The notes: generated from the sequence alone by a model not told the origin. A DNA stretch of 64,000 nucleotides from Candidatus Babeliales bacterium (GCA_050250855.1 JBFWNW010000004.1:1-64000); one strand, 5' to 3'. Positions 21,189 to 31,555 are shown, counted from the first letter of the stretch. Made by a program: numbers and translations.

Positions 21189-21596
21189 ATGAAAAAAGCA
21201 GTAAATGTATCATTATTTTTACTTGTAGCCGTTGGTTTACCTATGCAGCTGCTTGGTGATTTTAAACCTATAAGCTGGGATTCAGGTTATGAATCGACTA
21301 AACCAGGTGAATTTCATGCAAGAAATTGGGATGAAGATAAAAAATCAACTACACCTTTAGATGAAAATTCTCAAGAAATAGACTCTTCTTCTTGGCAGGC
21401 TAAAATTTTTGATGGTATTTTTTATACAATATTAGCAGGCTTTGTGGCCCTTACTGCTTATAGTATCTATACATCAGATCCAGCTATGAAAAATAGTGAG
21501 TATGCAGGTAAGGCTCAGGATACGGGTATGTTTAACCCAAGGCCTTGGGGTTCTGGTTATGAATTAAACAGCTTAATTCATAAGAGAAGAATTTAA
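21189..21596 (+). CDS. hypothetical secreted/membrane protein
   Basis: GGAGG RBS before ATG 21189; signal peptide plus one TM segment. Confidence 0.65.
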   Translation: MKKAVNVSLFLLVAVGLPMQLLGDFKPISWDSGYESTKPGEFHARNWDEDKKSTTPLDENSQEIDSSSWQAKIFDGIFYTILAGFVALTAYSIYTSDPAMKNSEYAGKAQDTGMFNPRPWGSGYELNSLIHKRRI

Positions 21597-21615
21597 GAGA
21601 AGAATTATTTAAATT

Positions 21616-21702
21616 CCGTTCGTCCCGAGCAGTTGTGAGCTGACGAAGGGTCCGAACACAAAATATGATTTTTTGAATTTTTTGAATTTATGGATAAGCT
21701 CT
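21616..21702. repeat. half copy of family A element with terminal repeat
   Basis: ccgttcgtcccgagcag..ctgacgaagggtccgaac...aatttatggataagctct; reverse-complement match to 50704-50760. Confidence 0.75.
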
Positions 21703-21741
21703 AAGCAAGTAAATAATAATACATGCAACAGCAGAGGTACT

Positions 21742-23133
21742 ATGTACAAGAAAATGCTTTCTTTTTGCTTGCTTGTCTTTTCATTATCTTTCTTAACAGC
21801 AGGCGATCAGCTTGTTTTTCCAGAAGGCTTTTTAAAAGGTGTAGGTCTTTCAGCCTATCAAAATGGTGGCCGCAAAACAGGGCATAGTAACTGGTCAGAG
21901 TTTGAGCAGAGTTTTATAGCAATTAATGCTAAAACATTTTTTGGTCCAGCTATAAAAAATAATGAGCGCGTCGGACGAGCATGTGGTTTTTGGGACAATG
22001 CTTTTAAAGATATTGATCTTATACAAGAGCTTGGCTGTAACACGTTTCGTTTTTCTATCGAGTGGGCAGAAATAGAGCCGGTAGAAGGGTGTTTTAATTA
22101 TGCGATGCTTGATTTTTATGAACGCTTTGTTGATGAACTTCTTGCTCGTGGTATTAAGCCAATGATTACGCTTTATCATTTTGTACATCCTTATTGGTTT
22201 GAGCACAAGGGAGCCTTTGAAAAAGAAAAAGGAATTTCTTATTTTGTGCGCTACTGTAAAGTTGTTTTTGAGCGCTTGGGTAAAAAAGTAGATTTATGGT
22301 GCACCATAAATGAACCAACGGTTTCTTCTGCATGCGGCTACGTTTTAGGTATTCATCCGCCTGGTAAATTTGGTTATTTTAAACAAGCGGGACGTGTATT
22401 ATTGAATCTTTTAAATGCGCATGTTTCTGTTTACAAAGCACTTAAAAAAATGCCAGGTGGCAAAGAGGCACAGATTGGCCTTGTGCATCAACTTCTGCAG
22501 TTTGAAGCTTATAATCCTGAGCAGTCATCAAATAAATTTTTTGGTTCTTTAAGAAATTTTAGTGGGGCTCCATTGGCTCAATTTTTTAATTTTGCCTTTG
22601 CGCATGATGTGGTAAAAAGATTTTTAGCAACTGGTCACTTTTATTATGAAGTGCCGGGACCATTTTCAAAGCCTATCAAACGTTGTAATCCTGACGCTCC
22701 TCGCTCATATGATTTTATTGGTTTGAATTATTATTCGCGTGTTGTTTTTGGACCAGGACCTACAAACTATCCAGGGCAAGTTATGACTGATATGGAATAT
22801 CCCGTGCGCCCAGAAACTCTTTATGAAGCAATTGCCAATATTGCAGAGCTTGGTGTGCCAATTTATATTACAGAAAATGGCTTGGCTGATGCTCAGGATG
22901 CATATCGTGCTGAATTTATTAAAGGGTATCTATCCATGGTTCATAAAGCTATTCAGGATGGCTATGATGTCCGAGGATATTATTACTGGACGCTGATGGA
23001 TAACTTTGAATGGAATGATGGCTATTCTATGAAATTTGGTCTCTATGATGTTGACTTTAAATCGCAAAAAAGGACGCTGCGTGCAGGAGCATTACCCTAT
23101 AGAGACTGGTTTAAAGTAGCCCCTTGTGCATAG
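21742..23133 (+). CDS. glycoside hydrolase family 1 (beta-glucosidase-like) with signal peptide
   Basis: FRFSIEW, TLYHF, TINEP (acid/base), ITENG (nucleophile), DNFEW motifs; start refined to MYKKMLSF. Confidence 0.93.
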   Translation: MYKKMLSFCLLVFSLSFLTAGDQLVFPEGFLKGVGLSAYQNGGRKTGHSNWSEFEQSFIAINAKTFFGPAIKNNERVGRACGFWDNAFKDIDLIQELGCNTFRFSIEWAEIEPVEGCFNYAMLDFYERFVDELLARGIKPMITLYHFVHPYWFEHKGAFEKEKGISYFVRYCKVVFERLGKKVDLWCTINEPTVSSACGYVLGIHPPGKFGYFKQAGRVLLNLLNAHVSVYKALKKMPGGKEAQIGLVHQLLQFEAYNPEQSSNKFFGSLRNFSGAPLAQFFNFAFAHDVVKRFLATGHFYYEVPGPFSKPIKRCNPDAPRSYDFIGLNYYSRVVFGPGPTNYPGQVMTDMEYPVRPETLYEAIANIAELGVPIYITENGLADAQDAYRAEFIKGYLSMVHKAIQDGYDVRGYYYWTLMDNFEWNDGYSMKFGLYDVDFKSQKRTLRAGALPYRDWFKVAPCA

Positions 23134-23204
23134 TGGCTACCTATTCTACCCCCCTTGCATTATAGGGAATATATGGTAAAATATTTCTATATGAAATAAA
23201 CTAT

Positions 23205-23543
23205 ATGGAGGTTTCTATGATGCGTAAATTCTATTTCTTATCTGTTTTACTGATTGCTTTGAGCCCTGGGCTCCAGGCTTATCCACCAGTTAATGATCAT
23301 ATCATAAAAAATTCAGGAAGAGTCCTTGGTTGGACAGCTCTCGCTGTTTTTGTGGGCTATAGTGCTTATGAATTGTGGCATGTTTTTGCAGGGCAAGAAC
23401 AGGAAAAGCAAGAACGCAATTTTACTTCGAATATACTAAATTTTGATGCACAACCAACAAAATCAGCTCTTAGATTAGATAATAAAGAAAAAAAGCCTAA
23501 AAAAATTACTTTTGGTAAAAATACAGAGTATTTAATTAATTAA
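23205..23543 (+). CDS. hypothetical secreted/membrane protein
   Basis: GGAGG RBS, signal peptide, one TM segment. Confidence 0.6.
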   Translation: MEVSMMRKFYFLSVLLIALSPGLQAYPPVNDHIIKNSGRVLGWTALAVFVGYSAYELWHVFAGQEQEKQERNFTSNILNFDAQPTKSALRLDNKEKKPKKITFGKNTEYLIN

Positions 23544-23575
23544 TGTGAGCTTGGTCGGATGACTTTTTTTAAAGA

Positions 23576-23627
23576 TGCGCTCATGGTGAGTGATTTTTTT
23601 AAAAATCGTATCGAACCATAAAGCGCA
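23576..23627. repeat. palindromic repeat, family C
   Basis: gcgctcatggtgag-[hairpin]-tcgaaccataaagcgc; related to 42552-42697. Confidence 0.65.
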
Positions 23628-23647
23628 CCTTATTTCAGTTTAATTAT

Positions 23648-24649
23648 CTATTTTTTTCTATAACGGCTTGCTTTGCTGCTACGTGTTGACGTTTTTTTAA
23701 CATCTTGTGTTTTTGTAGCCGGAGCAGTTGTAGTAGTTTTTTGAGCGGGCATCATCTTTTTTTCTGCATTCATTTTTGCTATCATTTGCTCTTCACTCAT
23801 AATCACAATATTACCTTTTTTGCTGCTTACCTGATTAAAATAGCCTTTGATAACTATGGCGTCAGAATAGCCGGTGAATCGGGTAACTTCTTTACCGTCT
23901 TTATTAAAAAAAACGAGCGTAGGATATGCTTCAATTTTATATTTTGAAGCAAGAGACTTAAACATTTCAGCATCAATTTTTACGATAATAACATCGTTGT
24001 ATTCTTTTGCTAATTCCTCAAGAATAGGCTCAAGTTTTTTGCACGGTGCGCACCATGTAGTAAAAAAATCGTACATAACCGGTTGTTTTTTTGCCATGAC
24101 AGCATCAAGATCCGTTATTTTTTCAAGCATTATAATGCCTTGTTTTGCAGTAGGCATGCCAGTAGGTTCTTTGCACGTAAGTGATGGACAGTCTTCACTT
24201 TTTTTTGCTGGGGTGGGTGTCACTTCTTTTTTTACTGAAGGTTCACTTCCTTTTTTTGCTTTTGCAATAGCAGTTTCCATACGCTCTGGTGTTTCTCTGC
24301 CAACGATACGGTCAACTTCTTTGCCAGCCATATCTAAGAAAACAAAACTTGGAAAACCACGAACAGAATATTCAGTTTTTAGTTTTTCACCAAACGTCAT
24401 GGCGTCACCAGCATTCACCATAACAAAAAGAACATCTTTACCATGTTTTTTTTCAAGATTTTCTACCATTGGTTTTACGCGTTTACAAACGCCACACCAT
24501 TCAGCATAAAAATCTACCACCATAGGTTTTGTGCCTTTTAGAGAATCAAAATGTGCTCGATCTTTGATCATAATGATCTCAGCATTGAGCGTTTGTGAGA
24601 GTACTGTTAATGCTAGTATGGAAAACACACGAATAGATTGCATACCCAT
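23648..24649 (-). CDS. exported tandem thioredoxin-domain protein
   Basis: Signal peptide; WCGVC and WCAPC active sites; basic low-complexity tail. Confidence 0.9.
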   Translation of the reverse strand: MGMQSIRVFSILALTVLSQTLNAEIIMIKDRAHFDSLKGTKPMVVDFYAEWCGVCKRVKPMVENLEKKHGKDVLFVMVNAGDAMTFGEKLKTEYSVRGFPSFVFLDMAGKEVDRIVGRETPERMETAIAKAKKGSEPSVKKEVTPTPAKKSEDCPSLTCKEPTGMPTAKQGIIMLEKITDLDAVMAKKQPVMYDFFTTWCAPCKKLEPILEELAKEYNDVIIVKIDAEMFKSLASKYKIEAYPTLVFFNKDGKEVTRFTGYSDAIVIKGYFNQVSSKKGNIVIMSEEQMIAKMNAEKKMMPAQKTTTTAPATKTQDVKKTSTRSSKASRYRKK

Positions 24650-25143
24650 CTCCTTTGTTAGGGGTTTTTAGAATCTTGTTTTTATCATAGCTTGTTAGCA
24701 TGCTCTCTTCAACCTTGAATATTTTTTATGTATTATTTTGTCAAAAAAATTGCTCTATTTGAAATATTCACATATGTGATTTTTTTAAAAAATTAAGAAT
24801 ATGTTTTCCTAAAAAGAAGTAGACAATTTCCTTGCTTCTCCCGTATCATAGTGATAATGTTATGAGGGTAAAAGTCTGAATAAAAAACCCAGTTTGTAAT
24901 TTGTAATTATTTTAAATGAAGAATAATAGAGAATTCTTCTCAAGGATGAGTGTTCTTAAATTTTTGTTTTTTAAAACCATTGACGATTAAAATTTTGTAC
25001 TTGTAAGGTTGTTGCTAAGTCAAAAAAAAAGGAATAGAGAGTAAAAGGAGTTTAGAAAAATGAAGTAGATGCAGAATATATTTTGTCTGTGAAGCAAGTA
25101 AGAGAATTTAGGGGTTAAAAAAAATTAGCGGAAGGATTTTAAT

Positions 25144-27645
25144 ATGCAAGTGGTTTCTTCTGTCATCCAAAATAGTTTTAAAGATCAACAATTAATAACT
25201 ATTGTAAAGCGTAATGGAGAACGAGTTTCTTTTGATAAAAATAAAGTTTATGCTTCGCTTTTGCGTGCGTCAGTAGGCGTTGAGGAGTTTGTTTCTCTTG
25301 ATCGTATTGAAAAAGAGGTTTTGAGAAATATTTATGATGGCATTACAACGCGTGAAATAGAACAGGCTATGATTTTAGCCGCAGTATCATTTATAGAGCT
25401 TGATCCCGCCTATGATACTGTTGCAACAGCATTGCTTTTGCAAAAATCATATAGAGAATCTTTTGAGCAATCAATTGCTACAGCAGATATAGATTCTTTT
25501 GCAAAAAAATCTTTTATACGGGGCATTAAACGTGGCGTTGAACATGCTGTTTTATCGCCACGTTTACTTGAATTTGATTTAGAATTTTTATCACAAAACC
25601 TTAAAATTGAGCGCGATGGTCTGTTAACGTATCTAGGAATGCAGACCTTATATGAACGCTATTTTTTCAAAATTAATAAGCAACGTATAGAAACGGTACA
25701 AGCATTTTGGATGCGTATTGCTATGGGGCTTGCTTTAGAAGAAAGCAATAGAGAAGAACGTGCTTTAGAATTTTATGAAATTTTTTCTTCACTGCGTTAT
25801 ATTTCATCTACGCCAACGTTATTCCATTCTGGGTATCTTCGTCCTCAATTGAGCTCATGCTATCTTTCTACCGTGAATGATGATTTGCATCATATTTTTA
25901 AAGTTATAGGTGATAATGCGCAGCTTGCAAAATGGGCTGGTGGCATAGGAAATGATTGGACAAATATTCGTGGTACCGGTGCTTTTATTAAAAGTATTCA
26001 TGCAACAAGTCAAGGTGTTATTCCTTATTTAAAAATTGTAAATGACGTTGTTGTTGCTATTACGCGCAGCGGTATTAGGCGCGGTGGCACCTGCGTATAT
26101 TTAGAAACGTGGCACATTGATATAGAAGATTTTATTGATTTGCGTAGAAATACGGGCGATGAACGCCGTCGTGCTCATGATATGAATACAGCAAATTGGA
26201 TACCAGATCTTTTTATGAAGCGCGTTTTAGAGGATGCAGATTGGACCTTATTTTCTCCGCATGAAGTACCAGATCTGCATGATCTTTATGGTACAGCATT
26301 TGAAAAGCGCTATGAGCAGTATGAAAAAATGGCACGCGAAGGAAAATTTGAGCATTATAAAGTTGTTTCTGCAAAAAAACTGTGGCGTAAAATGCTGAGC
26401 CGTTTATTTGAAACAGGTCATCCATGGATAACGTTCAAAGATCCTTGCAACGTTCGCTCACCACAAGACCATGTTGGTGTTGTGCATAGTTCAAATTTAT
26501 GTACTGAAATTACACTCAATACGTCAGCTGATGAAACAGCAGTTTGTAATCTAGGTTCTGTTAATTTATCGCGACATATTGTTAATGGAGAGCTTGATAA
26601 AACCATGCTTGCTCAAACGATAAAAACAGCAATTCGTATGCTTGATAACGTTATTAGTCTTAACTTTTATCCAACAATAGAAGCTCAGAATTCAAACCAA
26701 CGTCACAGACCTATTGGTTTAGGCATGATGGGTTTTCAGGATATTCTTTTCCAATTAAATATTCCTTTTGGTTCAGAAAAGGCACTAGAATTTTCTGACA
26801 TGATAGGTGAGTTGTATGCATATTGTGCTATTGATGCATCAGCAGATTTGGCCCAAGAGCGTGGCACCTATCAAACGTATAAAGGTTCAAAATGGGATCG
26901 CGGTATTTTCCCACAAGATACTGTTGATCTTTTAGAGCAAGAACGTGGACAAGAAATACAAACTAATCGTTTTTCACGTTTAGATTGGCAACCATTGCGC
27001 GAAAAAGTAAAACAAGTTGGTATGCGTAATTCAAACGTTATGGCAATTGCACCAACGGCAACGATTGCAAATATTGCAGGCTGCTATCCTTCTATTGAAC
27101 CCATGTATAAAAATTTGTATGTAAAATCTAATATTTCTGGTGAATTTACTATTATCAATCGCTATCTTGTTGATGATCTTAAAAAAATAAACTTATGGCA
27201 TGAAGAAATGCTTGAGCAGATCAAATACTTTGATGGCGAACTTGAGAATATCAAAGAAATTCCACAAGCATTAAAAGATAAATATAAAGGTGCTTTTGAA
27301 ATTGATCCTATTCATATGCTAAAAATGACAGCATTGCGTGGTAAATGGATTGATCAAAGCCAATCGCATAATGTATTTATGAAAGGTGTTTCAGGAAAAA
27401 AACTTGAAGATATTTATATGGCTGCATGGCAGTTAGGCATGAAAACAGCTTATTATCTACGTACATTGGGAGCAACGCAAATAGAAAAATCTACGCTTGA
27501 TGCAAAAAAATATGGCTTTACCCAAAAACGAGACTTTGAGCAAACAAAATCTCAAGAAGTGGAAGAGCTTCCTGCAACTGAGCCACGTTATGCTGCAGGA
27601 GTTTCATGCAATCCTTTTGGTGGAGAATGTGAGTCTTGTCAATAA
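25144..27645 (+). CDS. nrdA: ribonucleotide reductase alpha subunit with ATP-cone
   Basis: IVKRNG ATP-cone, TPTLFHSG, QLSSCY, SNLCTEI, APTATI, TAYYLR, C-terminal CESCQ. Confidence 0.97.
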   Translation: MQVVSSVIQNSFKDQQLITIVKRNGERVSFDKNKVYASLLRASVGVEEFVSLDRIEKEVLRNIYDGITTREIEQAMILAAVSFIELDPAYDTVATALLLQKSYRESFEQSIATADIDSFAKKSFIRGIKRGVEHAVLSPRLLEFDLEFLSQNLKIERDGLLTYLGMQTLYERYFFKINKQRIETVQAFWMRIAMGLALEESNREERALEFYEIFSSLRYISSTPTLFHSGYLRPQLSSCYLSTVNDDLHHIFKVIGDNAQLAKWAGGIGNDWTNIRGTGAFIKSIHATSQGVIPYLKIVNDVVVAITRSGIRRGGTCVYLETWHIDIEDFIDLRRNTGDERRRAHDMNTANWIPDLFMKRVLEDADWTLFSPHEVPDLHDLYGTAFEKRYEQYEKMAREGKFEHYKVVSAKKLWRKMLSRLFETGHPWITFKDPCNVRSPQDHVGVVHSSNLCTEITLNTSADETAVCNLGSVNLSRHIVNGELDKTMLAQTIKTAIRMLDNVISLNFYPTIEAQNSNQRHRPIGLGMMGFQDILFQLNIPFGSEKALEFSDMIGELYAYCAIDASADLAQERGTYQTYKGSKWDRGIFPQDTVDLLEQERGQEIQTNRFSRLDWQPLREKVKQVGMRNSNVMAIAPTATIANIAGCYPSIEPMYKNLYVKSNISGEFTIINRYLVDDLKKINLWHEEMLEQIKYFDGELENIKEIPQALKDKYKGAFEIDPIHMLKMTALRGKWIDQSQSHNVFMKGVSGKKLEDIYMAAWQLGMKTAYYLRTLGATQIEKSTLDAKKYGFTQKRDFEQTKSQEVEELPATEPRYAAGVSCNPFGGECESCQ

Positions 27646-27661
27646 AACAAAGGAACAAACT

Positions 27662-28666
27662 ATGAAGAAAAAAAGAATCATAAATGATTCACAGACTGAC
27701 CCTAATAAAATATTACCAATGACCTATTTGTGGGCTCGTGAGCATTACAAAAATGGTATTGCGAATAATTGGGTTCCTGAAGAAATTTCAATGCAGCAAG
27801 ATGTAGAACAATGGCGCTCGCCTGATTTTTTAACGGAGCGTGAGCGTCGGCTGATTTTCTGGAATCTTGGATTTTTTTCAACAGCAGAGTCATTGACTGC
27901 TAATAATTTAGTACTGGCAGTTTATCGTCATGTAACAAATCCTGAATGTCGCCAGTACCTTTTACGTCAAGCATATGAAGAAGCGGTGCACACCGATACC
28001 TTTATTTATTGCTGTGATTCATTAGGTTTAGATCCTGATGAAATTTTTAATATGTATAATACTATTCCTTCTATTGCACAAAAAGATAATTTTGTTATTG
28101 ATTTAACAAAATCAATTTTTGATCCTAATTTTTCAACCCAAGGTATAGAAAATACACGGCGCTTTGTTCATGATTTAATTGGATACTACGTCATTATGGA
28201 AGGCATTTTTTTTTATGCTGGCTTTGCCATGATGTTAGCGCTTAAGCGTCAGAACAAAATGGTTGGTATTGGAGAACAGTTTGAATATATTATGCGTGAT
28301 GAAAGTATTCATCTTGCTTTTGGCTGTGATTTAATCAATACTATCAAAGCTGAAAATCCTGAAATATGGACGCAAGAGTTTCAAGATGAAATTGTAGCGC
28401 TCATTAAAAAGGCTGTTATTCTTGAAAAAAAATATGCTCATGATGCATGTCCAGAAGGATTACTAGGAATCAATGCTCAGCAATTTTCAGATTATGTAGA
28501 ATATATTGCAGATCGTCGTCTAGAGCGGATTGATTTGCCAAAAGTATATTTCAAAGAAAATCCATTTCCATGGATGTCTCAAGCTACTGACCTTAATAAA
28601 GAAAAGAACTTTTTTGAAACTCGAGTTACCGAGTATCAATCTGCAGGTTCTTTAGAGTGGGATTAA
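27662..28666 (+). CDS. nrdB: ribonucleotide reductase beta subunit, class Ic (R2c) type
   Basis: FFSTAES, EEAVHTDTF, EGIFFY, RDESIH, NFFETRVTEYQ; start refined to ATG 27662 after AAGGA. Confidence 0.95.
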   Translation: MKKKRIINDSQTDPNKILPMTYLWAREHYKNGIANNWVPEEISMQQDVEQWRSPDFLTERERRLIFWNLGFFSTAESLTANNLVLAVYRHVTNPECRQYLLRQAYEEAVHTDTFIYCCDSLGLDPDEIFNMYNTIPSIAQKDNFVIDLTKSIFDPNFSTQGIENTRRFVHDLIGYYVIMEGIFFYAGFAMMLALKRQNKMVGIGEQFEYIMRDESIHLAFGCDLINTIKAENPEIWTQEFQDEIVALIKKAVILEKKYAHDACPEGLLGINAQQFSDYVEYIADRRLERIDLPKVYFKENPFPWMSQATDLNKEKNFFETRVTEYQSAGSLEWD

Positions 28667-28693
28667 AAAAAAGAGGCCGTAAGGCCTCTTTTT
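28665..28693 (+). terminator. intrinsic terminator of nrdAB
   Basis: aaaaagaggcc-gtaa-ggcctcttttt. Confidence 0.85.
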
Positions 28694-28780
28694 CCTCTTT
28701 CTTAGATAATTATTTTTTTTCTCGTGTGCTTATATTATACAGCTATGTGTTTTTTCATATAAATAATGATAAGAGGGCCC

Positions 28781-29545
28781 ATGAATTATACTTTTAAACG
28801 ATATCATTTTTTTATCTTTATACTTGTTATTGTGCACTACAGCTGTGCCATGGAGCTTGAAATAAGTGAAAAGCCAACATTAAAGCAATCGGTCGCACTG
28901 CAGAGTAGCCTGAAAAGTAAAAGATTATTTGAAGGTGCTCTTGAGAAAGGCTGGAAGCCCAATGAGCAGTGGCAAGAGATTTTGCAAACGTATGGAATTT
29001 CAATATTGGATTTCAATGAAACACAAGGAAAAATAAAAAAATTAAAAGAAGAAGCACAAAAATCATTTGAGAACGCAACGAATATTGTTTCAGAGTATTC
29101 ATCTCAAAATTTTGAACCAAAAAATAATATAGGAGCTGTTTGCCAAAGGGCTGTAGAGGTTTATATTAGAGCAGCAGATTGTTATTTTAATTTGATAGAT
29201 CTTTTTAATGAAGATGAAGATAAAAAAGAATTTGTTGAACATATCATTACTATAAAAAATAAAATACAAGAACTAGAATCTGCGCGAGGTCGTTTATTGG
29301 TAAATAGCGAACAGATTCTTTTTATTCCAGCATCAAGTAATTTTTGGAAAAATTATCGTATATTGGTAGATAAATATCCTCAATGGATGAAAAGTTCTAT
29401 TATCTATGATCAGCATCTTAAAAAACTTGGAAAATATAGAACAACTTCATTTGGTAGTCAATTTAAAGAATCAATCAACAGTAATATTTCTAGCAAAACT
29501 ACAAAATCGAGCCTATTGCAACAGGTATTTACAAAAAATAAATGA
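28781..29545 (+). CDS. hypothetical secreted protein
   Basis: Signal peptide ending SCA-ME; helical composition. Confidence 0.7.
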   Translation: MNYTFKRYHFFIFILVIVHYSCAMELEISEKPTLKQSVALQSSLKSKRLFEGALEKGWKPNEQWQEILQTYGISILDFNETQGKIKKLKEEAQKSFENATNIVSEYSSQNFEPKNNIGAVCQRAVEVYIRAADCYFNLIDLFNEDEDKKEFVEHIITIKNKIQELESARGRLLVNSEQILFIPASSNFWKNYRILVDKYPQWMKSSIIYDQHLKKLGKYRTTSFGSQFKESINSNISSKTTKSSLLQQVFTKNK

Positions 29546-29641
29546 AATGCTATGAAACCAGAAATTTTAATTCCTGTTATGCAGCACGTAGAAAATCAAG
29601 ATAAAAAAGAATAGCCCGGAAAATTTTCCCGGGCCTTCTGT

Positions 29642-30418
29642 TTAAAAATCAAGACGCCTTTTTAAGCGTTTAATGCTATGCATGCCAAGAGCTATAGTAA
29701 AGAGAAAAATCATACCAAGGCATGCCCAAAAATTAAGCAAGCTTATCTGATTAAGCACAGCCATGCGTGTTGCTTCCATAACATAGATCATAGGGTTTAA
29801 CAGCGTGCAATAAGCAAGGAGAGGCCAGTAATTATAAAGTACTTGCAATGAATACTGAAAGCCGCCCAAGAACCATAATGGATAAATAAAGCGCATCCAG
29901 ATGCTACCAATTTTTTCCATTGAAGAAACCATACTTGCAAGCCATACGGTAAACGCTGCATAAAACATATTAAAGAAGATAAATATCAAAACCAACTTTA
30001 ATGGTTGTATACCACTTAAATCAATATGATGCCATGCAATAAGTTTACTTAAGGGGAGTACAAAGAAGCTAAGCATAGCAGTGTTGCAGCTAAAAAATAT
30101 CATATTACGGACAAACACGAGCCATGAAGGAATTGGTAAGGTCAAATAATATGATATCGTTTGATTGCCTTCAAAATCGCTTACCAATGAAATAGCAGAA
30201 CTGAATTGTTCAAAAAGTCCTGCACTGGCAAAAAGGCTTGCAGCCATAAAGGCACCATAAGAAAGTTGCAAGCCAAATGCCGGCATTAAGTATGCAGTTA
30301 CCCAAACCATGGTTGCTACCCAGATTGCTAAATCAATGATTTTGTCATGGATCGTGCGTTTGAATATTTTAAAATCAGTCAGTAAAAGATACCATAAGGT
30401 ATTCATATATGAATGCAT
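29642..30418 (-). CDS. ABC-2 type exporter permease
   Basis: Multiple TM segments, LLNPMIYVMEATR motif, adjacent to an ABC ATPase. Confidence 0.88.
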   Translation of the reverse strand: MHSYMNTLWYLLLTDFKIFKRTIHDKIIDLAIWVATMVWVTAYLMPAFGLQLSYGAFMAASLFASAGLFEQFSSAISLVSDFEGNQTISYYLTLPIPSWLVFVRNMIFFSCNTAMLSFFVLPLSKLIAWHHIDLSGIQPLKLVLIFIFFNMFYAAFTVWLASMVSSMEKIGSIWMRFIYPLWFLGGFQYSLQVLYNYWPLLAYCTLLNPMIYVMEATRMAVLNQISLLNFWACLGMIFLFTIALGMHSIKRLKRRLDF

Positions 30419-30420
30419 AA

Positions 30421-31158
30421 TTAATCCTTTTGTTCTTTAGTAAGTTCAAGAAACACATCTTCCAATTTTCCTTTTTGAAATGATGTCATTAAATTTTGTG
30501 GCGTATCAATGAGGCTAATTTTTCCTTGATGTAATACTACAACACGATCAGAAAGCTTTTCAGCTTCATCAAGATAGTGCGTTGTGAGCAATACGCATAC
30601 GCCACTTTTTTTCAAGAAAGTAATGTACTGCCACAATTGCTGACGAATATCAGGATCAAGACCTACCGTTGGCTCATCAAGGATGACAATTTTAGGTGAA
30701 TGCATTAATGTTCGTGCAATCATATAGCGCTGTTTCCATCCACCAGAAAGCTGATCTGAATACGAATGTAAAAACTTGTTAATACCAAGATGAGTATTAA
30801 GTTCTTTAATACGATTTTCAATTTCCTGATTGCTCATGCCATAATATTTTCCTGCAAACCATAAATTATCATAAATGGTAAGCAAAGGATTTAGGTTCGG
30901 CTTTTGAGGGCAGTAGCCAATCAGTTTTCTGAATGCCGGTATATCATTAGCTATTGAATGCCCATTATACGCAACCTCGCCACTTGTTGGTGGATGAAGC
31001 GTTGCAATAATGGAAGAAAGTGTTGTTTTACCAGCACCATTAACGCCCAATAAGCCAACAACTTCACCAGGGTAAAAATCTAATGAAACTCCCTTGAGTG
31101 CTTCAAAGCTGCCATACTTTTTTTTAATATTTTTCAGAGAAAGCAATGGTTGGACCAT
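30421..31158 (-). CDS. ABC exporter ATP-binding protein
   Basis: GVNGAGKTT, LSGG, ILDEPTVGLD, TTHYLDEAE motifs. Confidence 0.95.
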   Translation of the reverse strand: MVQPLLSLKNIKKKYGSFEALKGVSLDFYPGEVVGLLGVNGAGKTTLSSIIATLHPPTSGEVAYNGHSIANDIPAFRKLIGYCPQKPNLNPLLTIYDNLWFAGKYYGMSNQEIENRIKELNTHLGINKFLHSYSDQLSGGWKQRYMIARTLMHSPKIVILDEPTVGLDPDIRQQLWQYITFLKKSGVCVLLTTHYLDEAEKLSDRVVVLHQGKISLIDTPQNLMTSFQKGKLEDVFLELTKEQKD

Positions 31159-31555
31159 AACTTTATCCTTTCGGAATTTTGGTTTTTCTATAACAAACTG
31201 GTGATAAAAAGTTCAGAGCTTGCGTAATTATCGACAACTTTTTTGCTGTTTAAAGCAATAATAGTTGGAGATGCAGACTTATGCTGTGCTTGCTTGTATA
31301 TGGTTTTTATAAAGATTACAAAAGAGATATTTTGGAAAAAAGGAGATCGATAATCAATACAAGCTCTAAGAAGCTTTTACCCTAAATGTGACTATCGTTA
31401 TTACCATGAGAGGTAACTCCTTATATGGTTTTGATATTTGAATTATACTTAAAACTTTATCTTAGAAAAAATAAAAAGTCAATACCATTTGTAAAAAAAA
31501 ATGAGGCCTGGAAATCCAGACCTCAACAAAGGAAGCTTTAAAAGCTTTTACTTAT

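Noticed and set aside
21581..21606. 13-bp tandem duplication taagagaagaatt across a stop codon
   Set aside because: Too short to separate from ordinary slippage, though it is adjacent to a repeat element.
23874..24509. 211-aa plus-strand ORF
   Set aside because: Antisense shadow of the thioredoxin gene with no recognisable features.
23648..24649. Divergent thioredoxin gene as the reductant for NrdAB
   Set aside because: It has a signal peptide and is probably exported, so the adjacency is likely incidental.
24650..25143. NrdR boxes or a riboswitch upstream of nrdA
   Set aside because: Only weak AT-rich palindromes (tcacatatgtga, cagaatatattttg) lacking key consensus positions.
27497..27661. 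N-terminal extension of NrdB overlapping nrdA
   Set aside because: The ATG at 27662 has an RBS and gives a normal-length R2.
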